In this document: piece after piece, positions 61,101 through 64,000 of the stretch | Layout: each line of letters starts with the position of its first letter | Position numbering within the stretch: the stretch's first letter is position 1 | Assembly (NCBI GenBank): GCA_032718475.1 | Contig: JAUCBJ010007985.1 | Span: forward strand, 93,567 to 157,566 | Reading direction: 5' to 3' | DNA from: Nemertoderma westbladi | Taxonomy: Eukaryota > Animalia > Xenacoelomorpha | Length of the DNA stretch: 64,000 nt | Position numbers and translations under genes: made by a program | The notes under the pieces: model-generated | What the model was told of the DNA's origin: nothing | Seen by the model: only the letters and a program-made list of their open reading frames with translations | The model's database searches: none

Positions 61101-64000
61101 TCCAATCTGCCACTGTAGCTTTGTTATTTTTAGGTGGTGTCCAATCTGCCACTGTAGTTTTGTTATTTTTAGGTGGTGTCCAATCTGCCACTGTAGTTTT
61201 GTTATTTTTAGGTGGTGTCCGATCTGCCACTGTAGTTTTCTTATCTTTATGTGGTGCCCGATCTGCCACTGTAGTTTTGTTATTTTTAGGTGGTGTCCGA
61301 TCTGCCACTGTAGTTTTGTTATTTTTAGGTGGTGTCTGATCTGCCACTGTAGTTTTGTTATTTTTAGGTGGTGTCCGATCTGCCACTGTAGTTTTGTTAT
61401 TTTTAGGTGGTGTCCGATCTGCCAATGTAGTTTTGTTATTTTTAAGCGGTGTCCAATCTGCCAATGTAGTTTTGTTATTTTTAGGTGGTGTCCAATCTGC
61501 CACTGTAGTTTTGTTATTTTTAGGTGGTGTCCGATATGCCACTGTAGTTTTGTTATTTTTAGGTGGTGTCCGATCTGCCACTGTATTTTTGTTATTTTTA
61601 GGTGGCGTCCGATCTGCCACTGTAGTTTTGTTATTTTTAGGTAGTGTCCGATCTGCCACCGTAGTTTTGTTATATTTAGGTGGTGTCCAATCTGCCACTG
61701 TAGTTTTGTTATTTTTAGGTGGTTTCCAATCTGCCACTGTAGTTTTGTTATTTTTAGGTGGCGTCCGATCTGCCACTGTAGTTTTGTTATTTTTAGGTAG
61801 TGTCCGATCTGCCACCGTAGTTTTGTTATTTTTAGGTGGTGTCCAATCTGCCACTGTAGTTTTGTTATTTTTAGGTGGTGTCCGATCTGCCACTGTAGTT
61901 TTGTTATCTTTATGTGGTGCCTGATCTGCCACTGTAGTTTTGTTATTTTTAGGTGGTGTCCGATCTGCCACTGTAGTTTTGTTATTTTTAGGTGGTGTCC
62001 AATCTGCCACTGTAGTTTTGTTATTTTTAGGTGGTGTCCGATCTGCCACTGTAGTATTGTTATTTTTAGGTGGTGTCCAATCTGCCACTGTAGTTTTGTT
62101 ATTTTTAGGTGGTGTCCGATCTGCCACTGTAGTTTTCTTATCTTTATGTGGTGCCGGATCTGCCACTGTAGTTTTGTTATTTTTAGGTGGTGTCCGATCT
62201 GCCACTGTAGTTTTGTTATTTTTAAGTGGTGTCCGATCTGCCACTGTAGTTTTGTTATTTTTAGGTGGTGTCCGGTCTGCTACTGTAGTTTTGTTATTTT
62301 TAGGTGGTGTCCAATCTGCCACTGTAGTTTTGTTATTTTTAGGTGGTGTCCGATCTGACACTGTAGTTTTGTTATTTTTAGGTGGTGTCCGATCTGCCAC
62401 TGTAGTTTTCTTATCTTTATGTGGTGCCCGATCTGCCACTGTAGTTTTGTTATTTTTAGGTGGTGTCCGATCTGCCACTGTAGTTTTGTTATTTTTAAGT
62501 GGTGTCCGATCTGCCACTGTAGTTTTGTTATTTTTAGGTGGTGTCCGATCTGCCACTGTAGTTTTGTTATTTTTAGGTGGTGTCCAATCTGCCACTGTAG
62601 TTTTGTTATTTTTAGGTGGTGTCCAATCTGCCACTGTAGCTTTGTTATTTTTAGGTGGTGTCCAATCTGCCACTGTAGTTTTGTTATTTTTAGGTGGTGT
62701 CCAATCTGCCACTGTAGTTTTGTTATTTTTAGGTGGTGTCCGATCTGCCACTGTAGTTTTCTTATCTTTATGTGGTGCCCGATCTGCCACTGTAGTTTTG
62801 TTATTTTTAGGTGGTGTCCGATCTGCCACTGTAGTTTTGTTATTTTTAGGTGGTGTTTGATCTGCCACTGTAGTTTTGTTATTTTTAGGTGGTGTCCGAT
62901 CTGCCACTGTAGTTTTGTTATTTTTAGGTGGTGTCCGATCTGCCAATGTAGTTTTGTTATTTTTAAGCGGTGTCCAATCTGCCAATGTAGTTTTGTTATT
63001 TTTAGGTGGTGTCCAATCTGCCACTGTAGTTTTGTTATTTTTAGGTGGTGTCCGATATGCCACTGTAGTTTTGTTATTTTTAGGTGGTGTCCGATCTGCC
63101 ACTGTATTTTTGTTATTTTTAGGTGGCGTCCGATCTGCCACTGTAGTTTTGTTATTTTTAGGTAGTGTCCGATCTGCCACCGTAGTTTTGTTATATTTAG
63201 GTGGTGTCCAATCTGCCACTGTAGTTTTGTTATTTTTAGGTGGTGTCCAATCTGCCACTGTAGTTTTGTTATTTTTAGGTGGCGTCCGATCTGCCACTGT
63301 AGTTTTGTTATTTTTAGGTAGTGTCCGATCTGCCACCGTAGTTTTGTTATATTTACGTGGTGTCCAATCTGCCACTGTAGTTTTGTTATTTTTAGGTGGT
63401 GTCCGATCTGCCACTGTAGTTTTGTTATTTCTGGATGGTGTCCGATCTGCCACTGTAGTTTTCTTATCTTTATGTGGTGCCCGATCTGCCACTGTAGTTT
63501 TGTTATTTTTAGGTGGTGTCCGATCTGCCACTGTAGTTTTGTTATTTTTAGGTGGTGTCTGATCTGCCACTGTAGTTTTGTTATTTTTAGGTGGTGTCCG
63601 ATCTGCCACTGTAGTTTTGTTATTTTTAGGTGGTGTCCGATCTGCCAATGTAGTTTTGTTATTTTTAAGCGGTGTCCAATCTGCCAATGTAGTTTTGTTA
63701 TTTTTAGGTGGTGTCCAATCTGCCACTGTAGTTTTGTTATTTTTAGGTGGTGTCCGATATGCCACTGTAGTTTTGTTATTTTTAGGTGGTGTCCGATCTG
63801 CCACTGTATTTTTGTTATTTTTAGGTGGCGTCCGATCTGCCACTGTAGTTTTGTTATTTTTAGGTAGTGTCCGATCTGCCACCGTAGTTTTGTTATATTT
63901 AGGTGGTGTCCAATCTGCCACTGTAGTTTTGTTATTTTTAGGTGGTTTCCAATCTGCCACTGTAGTTTTGTTATTTTTAGGTGGCGTCCGATCTGCCACT
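58127..64000. repeat. 39-bp satellite, right of the Gypsy insertion, running off the window end
   Basis: Same monomer; variant blocks repeat at 1521-bp (39-mer) and 702-bp (18-mer) offsets. Confidence 0.97.

Noticed and set aside
51284-63999. ORFs up to 1556 aa (TTVADRTPPKNNK, CPICH repeats) resembling mucin or multiheme proteins
   Set aside because: Translations of a 39-bp satellite; open in many frames, frameshifted and interrupted by a retrotransposon.

Overview
Repeat-rich eukaryotic (invertebrate-like) genomic DNA. From left to right: a 57-bp satellite (1-3630); an RTE LINE 3' fragment; an ~18.5-kb BEL/Pao LTR retrotransposon (5657-24154) with ~2-kb LTR-like repeats, a decayed gag-pol and an extra ~1095-codon ORF carrying a DEDD/WRN-like exonuclease and three CCHC knuckles; then four + strand exons of a host cyclic-nucleotide-binding-domain gene (CNBD2-like; 27886-50820). 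Its ~20.5-kb intron holds a 5'-truncated CRE-like non-LTR element split by four head-to-tail copies of a ~3-kb minisatellite-bearing unit (one copy carries a hAT MITE), and a near full-length Ulp1-protease CRE-like element whose stop codon abuts a histone H3 C-terminal fragment. A 39-bp satellite (51345-64000) is interrupted by a young, intact CsRn1-type Ty3/Gypsy element with TA...TA LTR ends and a PWWP-like domain at the integrase C-terminus. Most long ORFs in the track over the satellites are artefacts of repeat units that are multiples of 3. All domain and family calls come from reading motifs by eye; no searches were run.
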